Origin: Bacteroidota bacterium | Lineage (GTDB): Bacteria; Bacteroidota; Bacteroidia; NS11-12g; UBA9320 | Direction of reading: 5' to 3' | DNA: 64,000 nt | NCBI GenBank assembly: GCA_016124755.1 | Contig: WGNA01000004.1 | Location: 36,826 to 100,825 of the forward strand | Part shown: in pieces, positions 29,574-38,153 of the stretch | Layout of the letters: every line of letters begins with the position of its first letter | Position numbering within the stretch: position 1 is the stretch's first letter | Notes under the pieces: model-generated | What the model saw: the letters and a program-made list of their open reading frames with translations, nothing else | Told to the model about the DNA's origin: nothing | Database searches by the model: none | Program-made: the position numbers and the translations under genes

Positions 29574-29632
29574 CGGCCGAAAAGAGACTGTCTCTTTATT
29601 GACTGAATTCAAAACAACAACAATTATTTAAA

Positions 29633-30568
29633 ATGAAAGTAAGTGTTATCGGTGCCGGAAATGTGGGTGCCACCTGTGCTGAGTACATCGCCATGAGAAG
29701 CATCGCCAGCGAAGTAGTTTTACTCGACATCAAAGAAGGATTTGCGGAAGGCAAGGCCCTCGATATGATGCAGACCGCTACCCTCAATGGTTTCAACACG
29801 CGAATCACCGGAACAACCGGAGATTATACTAAAACAGCCGGAAGCAGTGTCGTAGTGATCACCAGCGGTATTCCGAGAAAACCGGGAATGACCCGCGAAG
29901 AACTTATCGGTATCAATGCCGGAATCGTAAAATCCGTTTCTGAAAACGTTCTCGAACATTCACCGGAAGCCATCATTGTAGTGGTGAGCAACCCGATGGA
30001 CACGATGACTTACCTCGCACTCAAAGCAACCGGACTCCCGAAAAACCGGGTGATCGGAATGGGCGGTATCCTCGACAGTTCACGTTTCAAATGCTATCTT
30101 TCAATGGCTCTCGATGCACCTGCAAATGATATTCAGGGAATGGTAATCGGCGGACACGGCGATACCACGATGATTCCTTTAACACGACTTGCCTCTTATC
30201 AGGGAACTCCCGTTTCTCAACATCTGAGTGCCGAAAACCTTCAGAAAGTTGCGGCCGATACTATGGTGGGCGGCGCAACGCTTACCGGACTTCTCGGTAC
30301 TTCTGCATGGTATGCTCCGGGAGCAGCCGTAGCGTCTTTAGTAGAAAGCCTCGTTTTCGATCAGAAGAGATTATTCCCTTGCAGTGTTTACCTCGAAGGT
30401 GAATACGGACAATCAGGTCTTTGTATGGGCGTACCGGTTATTCTCGGTAAAAACGGTTGGGAAAAAATCGTTGATGTTAATCTCAACGAAGACGAACAAG
30501 CCTTGTTCAACAAATCTGCCGATGCCGTTCGCAATATGAATGCGGTGATCGACAGCATGCCGGCATAA
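29633..30568 (+). CDS. mdh: Malate dehydrogenase (LDH-like)
   Basis: GAGNVG, PRKPGMTR (Arg at the MDH specificity position), VSNPMD, LDSSRF and GGHGD. Confidence 0.96.
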   Translation: MKVSVIGAGNVGATCAEYIAMRSIASEVVLLDIKEGFAEGKALDMMQTATLNGFNTRITGTTGDYTKTAGSSVVVITSGIPRKPGMTREELIGINAGIVKSVSENVLEHSPEAIIVVVSNPMDTMTYLALKATGLPKNRVIGMGGILDSSRFKCYLSMALDAPANDIQGMVIGGHGDTTMIPLTRLASYQGTPVSQHLSAENLQKVAADTMVGGATLTGLLGTSAWYAPGAAVASLVESLVFDQKRLFPCSVYLEGEYGQSGLCMGVPVILGKNGWEKIVDVNLNEDEQALFNKSADAVRNMNAVIDSMPA

Positions 30569-30616
30569 AACACGACAGCTTCGACTGTCTGAATTGAAAA
30601 TCAGAAATCATAAATA

Positions 30617-30655
30617 AAGGAGGAACATCTGTATCAGGTGTTCCTCTTATTTTTT
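30617..30655 (+). terminator. Rho-independent terminator after mdh
   Basis: GAGGAACATCTG-TAT-CAGGTGTTCCTC hairpin followed by a T-rich tract. Confidence 0.85.
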
Positions 30656-30666
30656 AGAAATAAATT

Positions 30667-31533
30667 TTGAAAGCCGGCTACGGAATTCGGATGATGCTGA
30701 TGGCGAGCCTCGTGTTTGCCGGCGTAAATCTGTGCGTCAAACTCGTTCCGCGAATTCCTGTTTTTGAGATTGTTTTCTTCCGGGCCATGATCTCCTTTCT
30801 ATTAAGTTTTCTGATTCTGAAAAGAAAGAAGTTGCCGGTATTCGGGAATAATAAAAAGGTGCTTTTACTGCGAGGCATTTTCGGAACCTTCGCCCTTATT
30901 TTTTATTTCTACACACTGCATGCAATGCCGTTGGCGTCGGCAATGGTGATACATTATTTGTCGCCGGTTTTCACAGCAACCATTGCTCATTTTATTCTAA
31001 AGGAAAAGCTGCAACTGCGACACGTCTTTTTCTTTCTCATCAGTTTTGCCGGTGTATTTATGATGAAAGGATTTGATGCGCGACTTTCCTGGAGTGATGT
31101 TACCATTGGGGTTTTATCTGCGTTGGCGAGTGGTGCTGCGTACAATTGTATCCGATGGCTGAAATTCACAGAAGACAGCAACGTAATAATTCTCTATTTT
31201 CCGATGGTGGCTTTTCCGATTACCTTTATTCTGATGATGGCCAGCACCGGATTTATAATTCCCGAATGGAACGAGCTGGGTTTATTGCTGCTGATCGGAG
31301 TTCTCACCCAAATAGCGCAATATTTTCTCACCCGGGCTTATCAATCGGAGTCGGCAAATAAGGTTGCAGCTGTAACCAATGTTGGTGTGGTTTACGCTTT
31401 ATTGATCGGCTATTTTGTTTTCGCCGAAACGTTCACAATCAACAGTCTGGCGGGAATGGCGTTAGTGATGATCGGGGTTTTGCTGAATATTTTCTGGAAA
31501 CCGAAGAGGAACTTAGAGAAATCGTCGGCTTAA
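30667..31533 (+). CDS. DMT/EamA-family transporter
   Basis: About 10 TM helices, with EIVFFR, LLLRG, SPVF...LKEK and a duplicated EamA pattern. Confidence 0.9.
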   Translation: MKAGYGIRMMLMASLVFAGVNLCVKLVPRIPVFEIVFFRAMISFLLSFLILKRKKLPVFGNNKKVLLLRGIFGTFALIFYFYTLHAMPLASAMVIHYLSPVFTATIAHFILKEKLQLRHVFFFLISFAGVFMMKGFDARLSWSDVTIGVLSALASGAAYNCIRWLKFTEDSNVIILYFPMVAFPITFILMMASTGFIIPEWNELGLLLLIGVLTQIAQYFLTRAYQSESANKVAAVTNVGVVYALLIGYFVFAETFTINSLAGMALVMIGVLLNIFWKPKRNLEKSSA

Positions 31534-31545
31534 AAGGGCCATTTA

Positions 31546-31866
31546 TTAAATGTTTCTCCACTTCCTTACACCAGCTTGTGGATTATTATTAAATAGAACA
31601 AAATGAATTGTGCGAATTGGAACCTAAAACAAGAATTGGAAAGCGTGGGTGGGCAGTCGGTAAGGCGGGATAGTGTCATTTGGTGGAAAATCGGGGAAAG
31701 TGCTTGTCACTTCTTTCGCCAGATTTTCAACAAATGAGAAAGGGTTAGGCAGCTTTTTTCCGACTTGATTTTTTGCTTACTTTTTTGTCAAGAAAAAAGT
31801 GGGAAGACAAGAGATTGCTCATCGAACCCCAACCAATTTACAATCAAGGTGTATCCAAACGGAGAA
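31546..31866. repeat. Dispersed structured intergenic repeat, copy 2 (inverted relative to copy 1)
   Basis: Matches the reverse complement of 1229-1580 with a few internal deletions. Confidence 0.9.
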
Positions 31867-31925
31867 GCATTCTTTATTATTCAAAATTCCCGATTGTTTA
31901 CCGGTCATTAATCAAATCGATACTT

Positions 31926-32675
31926 CTATGATTTAACAAATCTAAGAGTTTGAAAAGTCGAATCCGACCAGATCTTAAGTATAAAAATTCCTTTATTCAA
32001 AGACGAAACATCAATTGAATTATTTTTCTCGTCCAGCACACAGGTTAATAACAACTTTCCATTCAAATCGTAAGTCTCACAAATGGATGATCCGATTCGG
32101 GTAGATTCAAAATCAATATGAAGTGTGTTTATCACCGGATTTGGATAAACCTTCAAAATCTCTGAAATTTCTAAAGAATGGATTGAAACATATTTATGCG
32201 AGCCTATTATACAGCAGGTATTATTGAAGTAAAGACTTACTGAATCTGTTTCATCAAAAAGTGGTAAAAGGTTTGGCGGAGCATTTGGTGGCGGAGGAGT
32301 AAAAGAGTAAAACTCCTGAACACAGAATTTAACATTGTCTACATCGTTTGTTCCCTTCATTTTAAATACAATCGATGTTTTCAAACTATCTCCGGGATTT
32401 AGTTGTCTTGAATAGGGCCTCACAACAGGCAACATGCGCCAACCACCAAAATTTAGAGTTATTGAATACATATCGTTTGGGGAAATTGTATCCAGACCAA
32501 GATTTTTTATTCTAAGAATACAACTGTCGAAACCCGGACTGGTGAAAATATGATTACTTGCCGGACTATCAATGGAAATTGCCATATCGCAAAAACGATG
32601 GTTTTGACAAGAGGCTGAATTAGTCAAACCGAAAAATATACAAAACAATAAGCCAATCCCAATTTGATTCTTCAT
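31926..32675 (-). CDS. Small T9SS cargo protein with type A CTD
   Basis: Signal peptide and a KVYPNPV..TLHI...YDLNGK...IDVSSLNKGIFIL...RFVKS CTD. Confidence 0.85.
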   Translation of the reverse strand: MKNQIGIGLLFCIFFGLTNSASCQNHRFCDMAISIDSPASNHIFTSPGFDSCILRIKNLGLDTISPNDMYSITLNFGGWRMLPVVRPYSRQLNPGDSLKTSIVFKMKGTNDVDNVKFCVQEFYSFTPPPPNAPPNLLPLFDETDSVSLYFNNTCCIIGSHKYVSIHSLEISEILKVYPNPVINTLHIDFESTRIGSSICETYDLNGKLLLTCVLDEKNNSIDVSSLNKGIFILKIWSDSTFQTLRFVKS

Positions 32676-32681
32676 AGGTTG

Positions 32682-33458
32682 TTAGTTGGTTACAACAAAT
32701 GTATTTTGAAATCTCAAACCGTTAAGTTCGGTGATTAGATAATAGACACCTGGCAACAGATTGTTAACCGGAACAACAAAGTTCTGATCGCTGCCTGAAA
32801 CATTTGTAACCGTGATGATTTGATCATTTACAGAATATAATTTAAAGGACGGAATTACATTGGGATCGACATTCTGAAGATGGATATTAAGACCATCAGA
32901 ACCACTGGAAAGCATATTGGGATTTAGTGAAACAGAAGGCAGAAATGGAAGTTTTAATTTATCAACTGAACTTGAATAATTGTGTCTCAGCAAAATATAG
33001 TAGGGGTACATCTGGCTACTATCAATCGTTGCTCTTATAACCGGGCTCCCATTATTTCTATCGCAGGTAAAGTATGAACACAAAAGGAACAATTTAAAAT
33101 GATATGTATGATGATCGTTGGTCCAATTAACACCTATGGAATCCGAAAACACCTCTGAAGAATCTCCGGGTATAATTGTTTTTCCAACTTTAACTCTTCC
33201 AATTACTTCCTTATAAGGTCCCAGAATTTCATGTGAAATAATATACGTGAAGGAGTCTGTGGAATAAATTGTATCCTTTCCATAATTGTAGAAACGAAAT
33301 GAAACAGGAATCTGAGCTGGAGAAACAAAAAGGTCTTCTGGTTTTGGATTAATGAACCTGTAACCAATGTTAACCTGTCTTATTTGACCAAGAGCGGAAC
33401 ATATAAAACCTTCTGCAAAACATAACAAAATAAAAATTCTTAAAATAATGTGTTTCAT
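32682..33458 (-). CDS. Paralogous T9SS cargo protein with divergent CTD
   Basis: Signal peptide, N.G.DTI...PGDS motifs shared with its neighbour, and an LNPN...LYS...LLPGVYYL...FVV end. Confidence 0.7.
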   Translation of the reverse strand: MKHIILRIFILLCFAEGFICSALGQIRQVNIGYRFINPKPEDLFVSPAQIPVSFRFYNYGKDTIYSTDSFTYIISHEILGPYKEVIGRVKVGKTIIPGDSSEVFSDSIGVNWTNDHHTYHFKLFLLCSYFTCDRNNGSPVIRATIDSSQMYPYYILLRHNYSSSVDKLKLPFLPSVSLNPNMLSSGSDGLNIHLQNVDPNVIPSFKLYSVNDQIITVTNVSGSDQNFVVPVNNLLPGVYYLITELNGLRFQNTFVVTN

Positions 33459-33724
33459 TCGATTAATTGGAGTCTTCTAAGATACGTTGGTGAATGTGGT
33501 TTATTACATCAATATTCTAACTCAGACATTGAAATGCGTTTTTGCTGAAAAATTATATGCCCATCATAGAATAGAGGCTGGCAGGAGAAAATTCTTCGGG
33601 GTATATCACGCCCGCAACCTATAAGCTAAAGCCCCAAAGATTAGTATTCGAAAACGTATGATTTAGAGAGTGCCAAAAAACGGATCGGCATCAGAATAAC
33701 ATGAAGTCACTTATTCCCAAAACA

Positions 33725-33754
33725 TAAAAAGGCCACCTCTTTCGAAGCAGCCTT
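33725..33754 (-). terminator. Rho-independent terminator
   Basis: The minus strand reads AAGGCTGCTTC-GAAA-GAGGTGGCCTT followed by TTTAT. Confidence 0.8.
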
Positions 33755-33775
33755 GGGGCAGGGCAAAAGATGGGT

Positions 33776-34201
33776 TTAGCGTTTATAATTATAATTGAAC
33801 TTTTTACCGTTGGTCTCGAATTCTGTTTTTAGATCCGTTTCCGTGAGCGAAGTGATGTTCATTAAAACCGGATTACTTGTGCCGGTAAACGTGAGTGCAT
33901 ACTGACTTGAATCAGAGCCGGTGAATGCATAATTTCCTACCACTTCCCAGTTGCCGTTGCTTAGAAAAAAGAAAACTCCATCCTCGCTGTAAAGGTATTG
34001 TCCGGTACCATTACTCGTTTTTAAAGCTCCGTTTTCATACGTTTCATCAAGAGTCCAGGTTTGTGCGAATTTTTCGATCGTAGACATTTCAGCCGGAGGA
34101 TTGTTCGTGTCGGTTGTAGTTTTTTTAACCGGTGTTTCGTCTTTGCAGGAAACCAGAATCAATAAAATTCCCGCAAGAAATAATGTGTAAGATTTAGTCA
34201 T
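33776..34201 (-). CDS. Lipoprotein with lipocalin-like domain
   Basis: ATG at 34201, lipobox LVSC followed by KDE, and a TWTL...G.Y.F...I.SLTETDL...YKR pattern. Confidence 0.75.
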   Translation of the reverse strand: MTKSYTLFLAGILLILVSCKDETPVKKTTTDTNNPPAEMSTIEKFAQTWTLDETYENGALKTSNGTGQYLYSEDGVFFFLSNGNWEVVGNYAFTGSDSSQYALTFTGTSNPVLMNITSLTETDLKTEFETNGKKFNYNYKR

Positions 34202-34280
34202 AATGATAATTGTCTTTTGAACTAAAGAGCTTTTCAATGCGAATTGTGTGGTATGTTTAAACCGGCATTTGACGAGACTT

Positions 34281-34333
34281 GTGACGACTGATAAACTGAT
34301 TGTGACCAACAACCCGAAACCGGTGACTAACGA
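34281..34333 (-). promoter_or_regulatory. Three LytTR-type direct repeats with 21-bp period
   Basis: GTGACGACT (34281), GTGACCAAC (34302) and GTGACTAAC (34323) on the plus strand, lying between the LytTR gene and the lipoprotein gene. Confidence 0.75.
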
Positions 34334-34337
34334 CGAA

Positions 34338-35042
34338 TTATTTTTCGCTTAACAGTTTGAGCACTTTTTCCCGATACGTTCGTCCGATCGGAAGTTGCCC
34401 CGAATTTTTAAGATTTACGGTAGTTGCTGCCAACGATTCTATTTGGCGGGTATTGATGAGATAAGATTTATGAATGGGTAAAAACAACGGTTCCGGGAGC
34501 ATTTTTAAAACGGCTTTTAAGGCATACCGAACAATTAACGTTTTATCATTTTTTAGATGAAGCCTTGAATAATTCTGCATTCCGGAGATGTAAATAATGT
34601 CTTCAAAATTTACCTTCCGATGTTTGCCATCGCTTTTCAGAAACAAGAAATCCCGAACGGTTGATTTGTCATTTATTGTCTGGAATTCTTTTAATGCCTT
34701 GTTCGCCGCATCGTAAAAACGCCCAAACGAAACCGGTTTTAAGAGATAATCAACCGCATTTACCTCGTAACTTTCTAAAGCAAATTCCTGATACGCCGTG
34801 ATGAAAATTACCATAGGAAAATTGATCAGCTCTGATTTTAAAATCTCCATTCCGGAAGTTCCCGGCATCTCGATATCCATAAAAATCAAATCGATATTTC
34901 CTTGTTTTAAGCATTCCATCATTTCATCGGTGTTTGATGAAAATCCCATAAAATCCAAAAAAGAAATTTTGTCGATAAATGTCTTAATCCCTTTGCGGGC
35001 AATGGGTTCGTCGTCAACCACAAGACATCTTATCTTATGCAT
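34338..35042 (-). CDS. LytTR-family response regulator
   Basis: VDDEP, FMDIEMP, TAY, DYLLKP and IHKSYLIN...LPIGRTY motifs. Confidence 0.95.
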   Translation of the reverse strand: MHKIRCLVVDDEPIARKGIKTFIDKISFLDFMGFSSNTDEMMECLKQGNIDLIFMDIEMPGTSGMEILKSELINFPMVIFITAYQEFALESYEVNAVDYLLKPVSFGRFYDAANKALKEFQTINDKSTVRDFLFLKSDGKHRKVNFEDIIYISGMQNYSRLHLKNDKTLIVRYALKAVLKMLPEPLFLPIHKSYLINTRQIESLAATTVNLKNSGQLPIGRTYREKVLKLLSEK

Positions 35043-36081
35043 CTGTATTTATTTTAATGCGAATGGAAGTTGAATAAACGTCGTTAATTCTCCCGTGTTT
35101 TAAAGACGCATCATCACCGTAAATTAGTTGCAAACGTTTTCGGAGATTTGATAATCCCAAACCTCCGGAGGATTTGTCGGAAAAGGTTTTTTCTCCGCAA
35201 TTATTTTGAACTTTATAAATCAGATGCCCGTCTTCGCTTTTTAAGTTGATTCGAATAAAACCATCAGCATCGCCCGGTGAATACTTAAAGGCATTTTCTA
35301 CAGGAATAATTAACAGCATCGGCGCGATCTTGAGGTCAGGGAAATCCTCAAATTGACTTTCTATTCGAAAACCAACTTCTTTTCGCACCTGCTGAATGCG
35401 GATGTATTTTTTGAGATATTCAATTTCGGAACGTACCGAAACCCTGTCTTGAGAACCTTCATATAGCTGATACCTCAGAATTTCAGAAAAATCGTGAATG
35501 AGTTTTCGGGCGGTTGCATTTTGTTCATCAATGGAGAAATGAATGTTGTTGAGTGTGTTAAAAATGAAATGCGGATTAATCTGCGCTTTCAGAAATTTGA
35601 GTTCGGTTGCAATCTGCTCCTTTTCCAATTCCTCTTTTTGTCTTTTGGCAAGCAATAATTTTTCGCGATACGAAGCCACGGTAAAACCAATTAATCCGAA
35701 TGCGACAACAAGATAGCTGTCGAAAATCTGGTAACTTAAAGTGTCGAATATGGACAAGAAATGTTCGTTCATCGCACCCGTAGTCATATAAATCAAACGA
35801 TGAAATTCTTTTAGAACAAACACGCCCGATACAAACAACAGCGCACCGGATGATGCCCAAAGGAAGTTTTTAATCCACTGTTTTTGGAGTAAAGTAATCC
35901 TGATTTGTGCGCGCTGATACGTTATAAAAATCAGCGAACAAACCAGAATATCGGAAATCGAATTGAAAATAATCTGAAGGATCTGCATTACCTCGAAATC
36001 CGTTCGGAACGCAAACCGATACGTAATAAAAATGATGAACAGAAGTAAACCGGTTTTAAGACCGCGACGAAATGATTGCAT
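35035..36081 (-). CDS. LytS/YehU-type sensor histidine kinase
   Basis: N-terminal TMs, ELKFLKAQINPHFIFNTLNN, LRYQLYE, VENAFKY and GLGLSNLRKRL. Confidence 0.95.
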   Translation of the reverse strand: MQSFRRGLKTGLLLFIIFITYRFAFRTDFEVMQILQIIFNSISDILVCSLIFITYQRAQIRITLLQKQWIKNFLWASSGALLFVSGVFVLKEFHRLIYMTTGAMNEHFLSIFDTLSYQIFDSYLVVAFGLIGFTVASYREKLLLAKRQKEELEKEQIATELKFLKAQINPHFIFNTLNNIHFSIDEQNATARKLIHDFSEILRYQLYEGSQDRVSVRSEIEYLKKYIRIQQVRKEVGFRIESQFEDFPDLKIAPMLLIIPVENAFKYSPGDADGFIRINLKSEDGHLIYKVQNNCGEKTFSDKSSGGLGLSNLRKRLQLIYGDDASLKHGRINDVYSTSIRIKINTDA

Positions 36082-36113
36082 TGATTACAAATCTATTCAT
36101 CCGTTTTTGAACC

Positions 36114-36161
36114 TGACCGACGAGTCAAATCGTTGGTCAGCGGATTTAAGTCGTTGGTCAC
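36114..36161 (+). promoter_or_regulatory. LytTR-type boxes (TCGTTGGTCA x2, 21-bp period, plus one inverted copy)
   Basis: TCGTTGGTCA at 36130 and 36151, and TGACCGACGA at 36114. Same consensus as 34281-34333. Confidence 0.7.
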
Positions 36162-36248
36162 ATAAAGCTCAATTCCAATAATCGAATTTGTGAAATATTT
36201 ATCGTCGGAATTGAGCCATATTGATTTATTGGAAAGTCCGGATAATTT

Positions 36249-37091
36249 TTATCGATGATTGCCAGCAAGAATTAATTTATTCAAGACGTCTCTTATTTCA
36301 TTTTTAATCACTTCGTTGGTTCCTCTTATGTATCCATGATGTGTATACACTATGTCACCGTTGGAGGCACAGATTACTACACTTGGATAAGACCGCACAC
36401 CCAAATTTTTACTGAACTCAGGCGAGAGAGCTATTTGAGGGCAGAAATCTGTTTTAAATTGTATCGCCTCGTTCCAGGTGTCTTCCGGGTTTAGTGCCAG
36501 AAATCCAACCGAAGATTGGTACTCCTCGCAAAGTTCATTGAGTACTTCGTCTATCTCCAATTTACAATAAGCACAGTTTTTTGTCCAGGAAATTAAAACA
36601 AACGGCTTATTTAATAAGGTTGAAAGCACAATAGAGGAGTCAGTATTCGTCTGTATCCGCTGATCCTCAAGGTTACCAAGAATTAGTTTATTCTTACCCT
36701 TGTTGGATAAATAAAAAGGCAAATAAAGATTTAAAACTATGGATAGGCCAATTCCAGAACTGATGAATAATATTTTTCCTCTGGTACTAACCTGAGGGAC
36801 TAAAACCCCAATCAACGAAAAAACAAAAACGGATAAACCAATATACCAAAGTTGCAATCTCACGGAAAGGACAAAAACCAGGAAGGCCAATGGAAAAAGC
36901 GCATACGCGATTTTATCGGAAGTGTATAGTTCTCCCACCAACCATTTGGTGATAAATCCGAATAAAATAGAGAAAATAAAGAAGGCGATTATAATATTTC
37001 CCTCGGAAGTCTGCCACATCAGGAAGGCGTCATTGCCAATCAAACAAACCAGTCCTAATAAAGATATTTGTGTAAATCGACGGTAGTTCAT
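36249..37091 (-). CDS. Membrane-anchored TlpA/thioredoxin-like protein (multi-TM N-terminus + CxxC domain)
   Basis: Hydrophobic N-terminal half, WTKNCAYCKLE, GV.SYP cis-Pro loop and G.IVYTHHGY. Confidence 0.8.
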   Translation of the reverse strand: MNYRRFTQISLLGLVCLIGNDAFLMWQTSEGNIIIAFFIFSILFGFITKWLVGELYTSDKIAYALFPLAFLVFVLSVRLQLWYIGLSVFVFSLIGVLVPQVSTRGKILFISSGIGLSIVLNLYLPFYLSNKGKNKLILGNLEDQRIQTNTDSSIVLSTLLNKPFVLISWTKNCAYCKLEIDEVLNELCEEYQSSVGFLALNPEDTWNEAIQFKTDFCPQIALSPEFSKNLGVRSYPSVVICASNGDIVYTHHGYIRGTNEVIKNEIRDVLNKLILAGNHR

Positions 37092-37099
37092 ATTTGTTC

Positions 37100-37768
37100 T
37101 TAATCAATTCCTTGATCCGGATTCGGGTTTAAGGCATCATGTTCGCACATCCCATCACACGGCCAAATGGCCATAAATCCGCATCCCATACTTGAACCAT
37201 CGCATTGCGATTGGGCACAATAGGAACCGAAAAATTGGCAGGCCCCAAACACAGAACCGCGATTACAACCACATGGAGGAGCATTATTCCCACCAGAACC
37301 GTTGCCTCCATTTATAATGTAAGGATCTTGATTATCTAAGTCGTACAAGTTTAAAAAAATAGCAGTACCCAGAACATTACCGATAATGTCTTTATTCGAG
37401 TTGAACCAACTTACCGCAGTATAGAGCCGGAATGAATCAGATTCTGAGCTTGTCCAATCAAATATTTTGGTATTTAAAAGTGGAAGTAAAGAATTGATGG
37501 AATTTTTAACCGAGTCTGCTACCAAATTGCTATTAAGGCAATGGTTCATCTTGTCAATCCATAGTGCATATCTACCTTCCGGAGTTAGATTTCGCAATTC
37601 ATTCCGCACTTCCTCCATGGACATGTTCTGTAAATAAGTGCGACTTGCAGGAGTAACCGATTCATTAGAAAATCCCAAAATATTAGCAGGACCTTCCTCC
37701 CTTTTTTCACTTTCAGAGCAAGCCATGAGCAGGGTAAAAATAGCAAGAGATAAAATTAATTTTTTCAT
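37100..37768 (-). CDS. Lipoprotein with C-terminal fulvocin C-related 8-Cys bacteriocin-like domain
   Basis: Lipobox LMAC, an LTPE.RYALW.DK helical region, a Gly/Asn linker, and CxC-x8-C-x6-C-x4-C-x6-CG-x7-C-DG-x-C. Confidence 0.75.
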   Translation of the reverse strand: MKKLILSLAIFTLLMACSESEKREEGPANILGFSNESVTPASRTYLQNMSMEEVRNELRNLTPEGRYALWIDKMNHCLNSNLVADSVKNSINSLLPLLNTKIFDWTSSESDSFRLYTAVSWFNSNKDIIGNVLGTAIFLNLYDLDNQDPYIINGGNGSGGNNAPPCGCNRGSVFGACQFFGSYCAQSQCDGSSMGCGFMAIWPCDGMCEHDALNPNPDQGID

Positions 37769-37839
37769 GTTAAATTTTTTTTGATAAAGAAAGATCGTTC
37801 ATCTCCTTTATTAATCATTTACCTGTTTGGAAAAAACTC

Positions 37840-37868
37840 AACGCCGTATTTTTTATACTGAACGCCGT
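37840..37868 (-). promoter_or_regulatory. Direct repeat AACGCCGT x2 with 21-bp period (LytTR-type geometry)
   Basis: Copies at 37840 and 37861, about 70-100 bp upstream of the fulvocin-like gene. Confidence 0.55.
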
Positions 37869-38153
37869 CTTGAGATCAAAACTTTAACATTGATGATGCT
37901 GTATTCACCATCCCTGAATGTAACTTTAGCATTTACAAAAAAAAAGGTTCTTAGTAATACGTGATTTTAACTAAGCACTCTTGTTGTTGGTGTTATCAAC
38001 ACAAAACCGGACAATTGAACTCCGACCTGATTGCATAAGGAAATCAAACTTATTGGAATAGCTGGAGGTGATAACACCTTACGCGGGAACGTTAGCGATT
38101 AATTTACTCTTCTTGGGAATAAATTAAACATAGCTGCATTAGGACATATCAAC

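Noticed and set aside
37870-38150. Possible ncRNA or tRNA/att site at the island edge next to cphA
   Set aside because: I could not recognise a cloverleaf, strong stem or flanking direct repeat.
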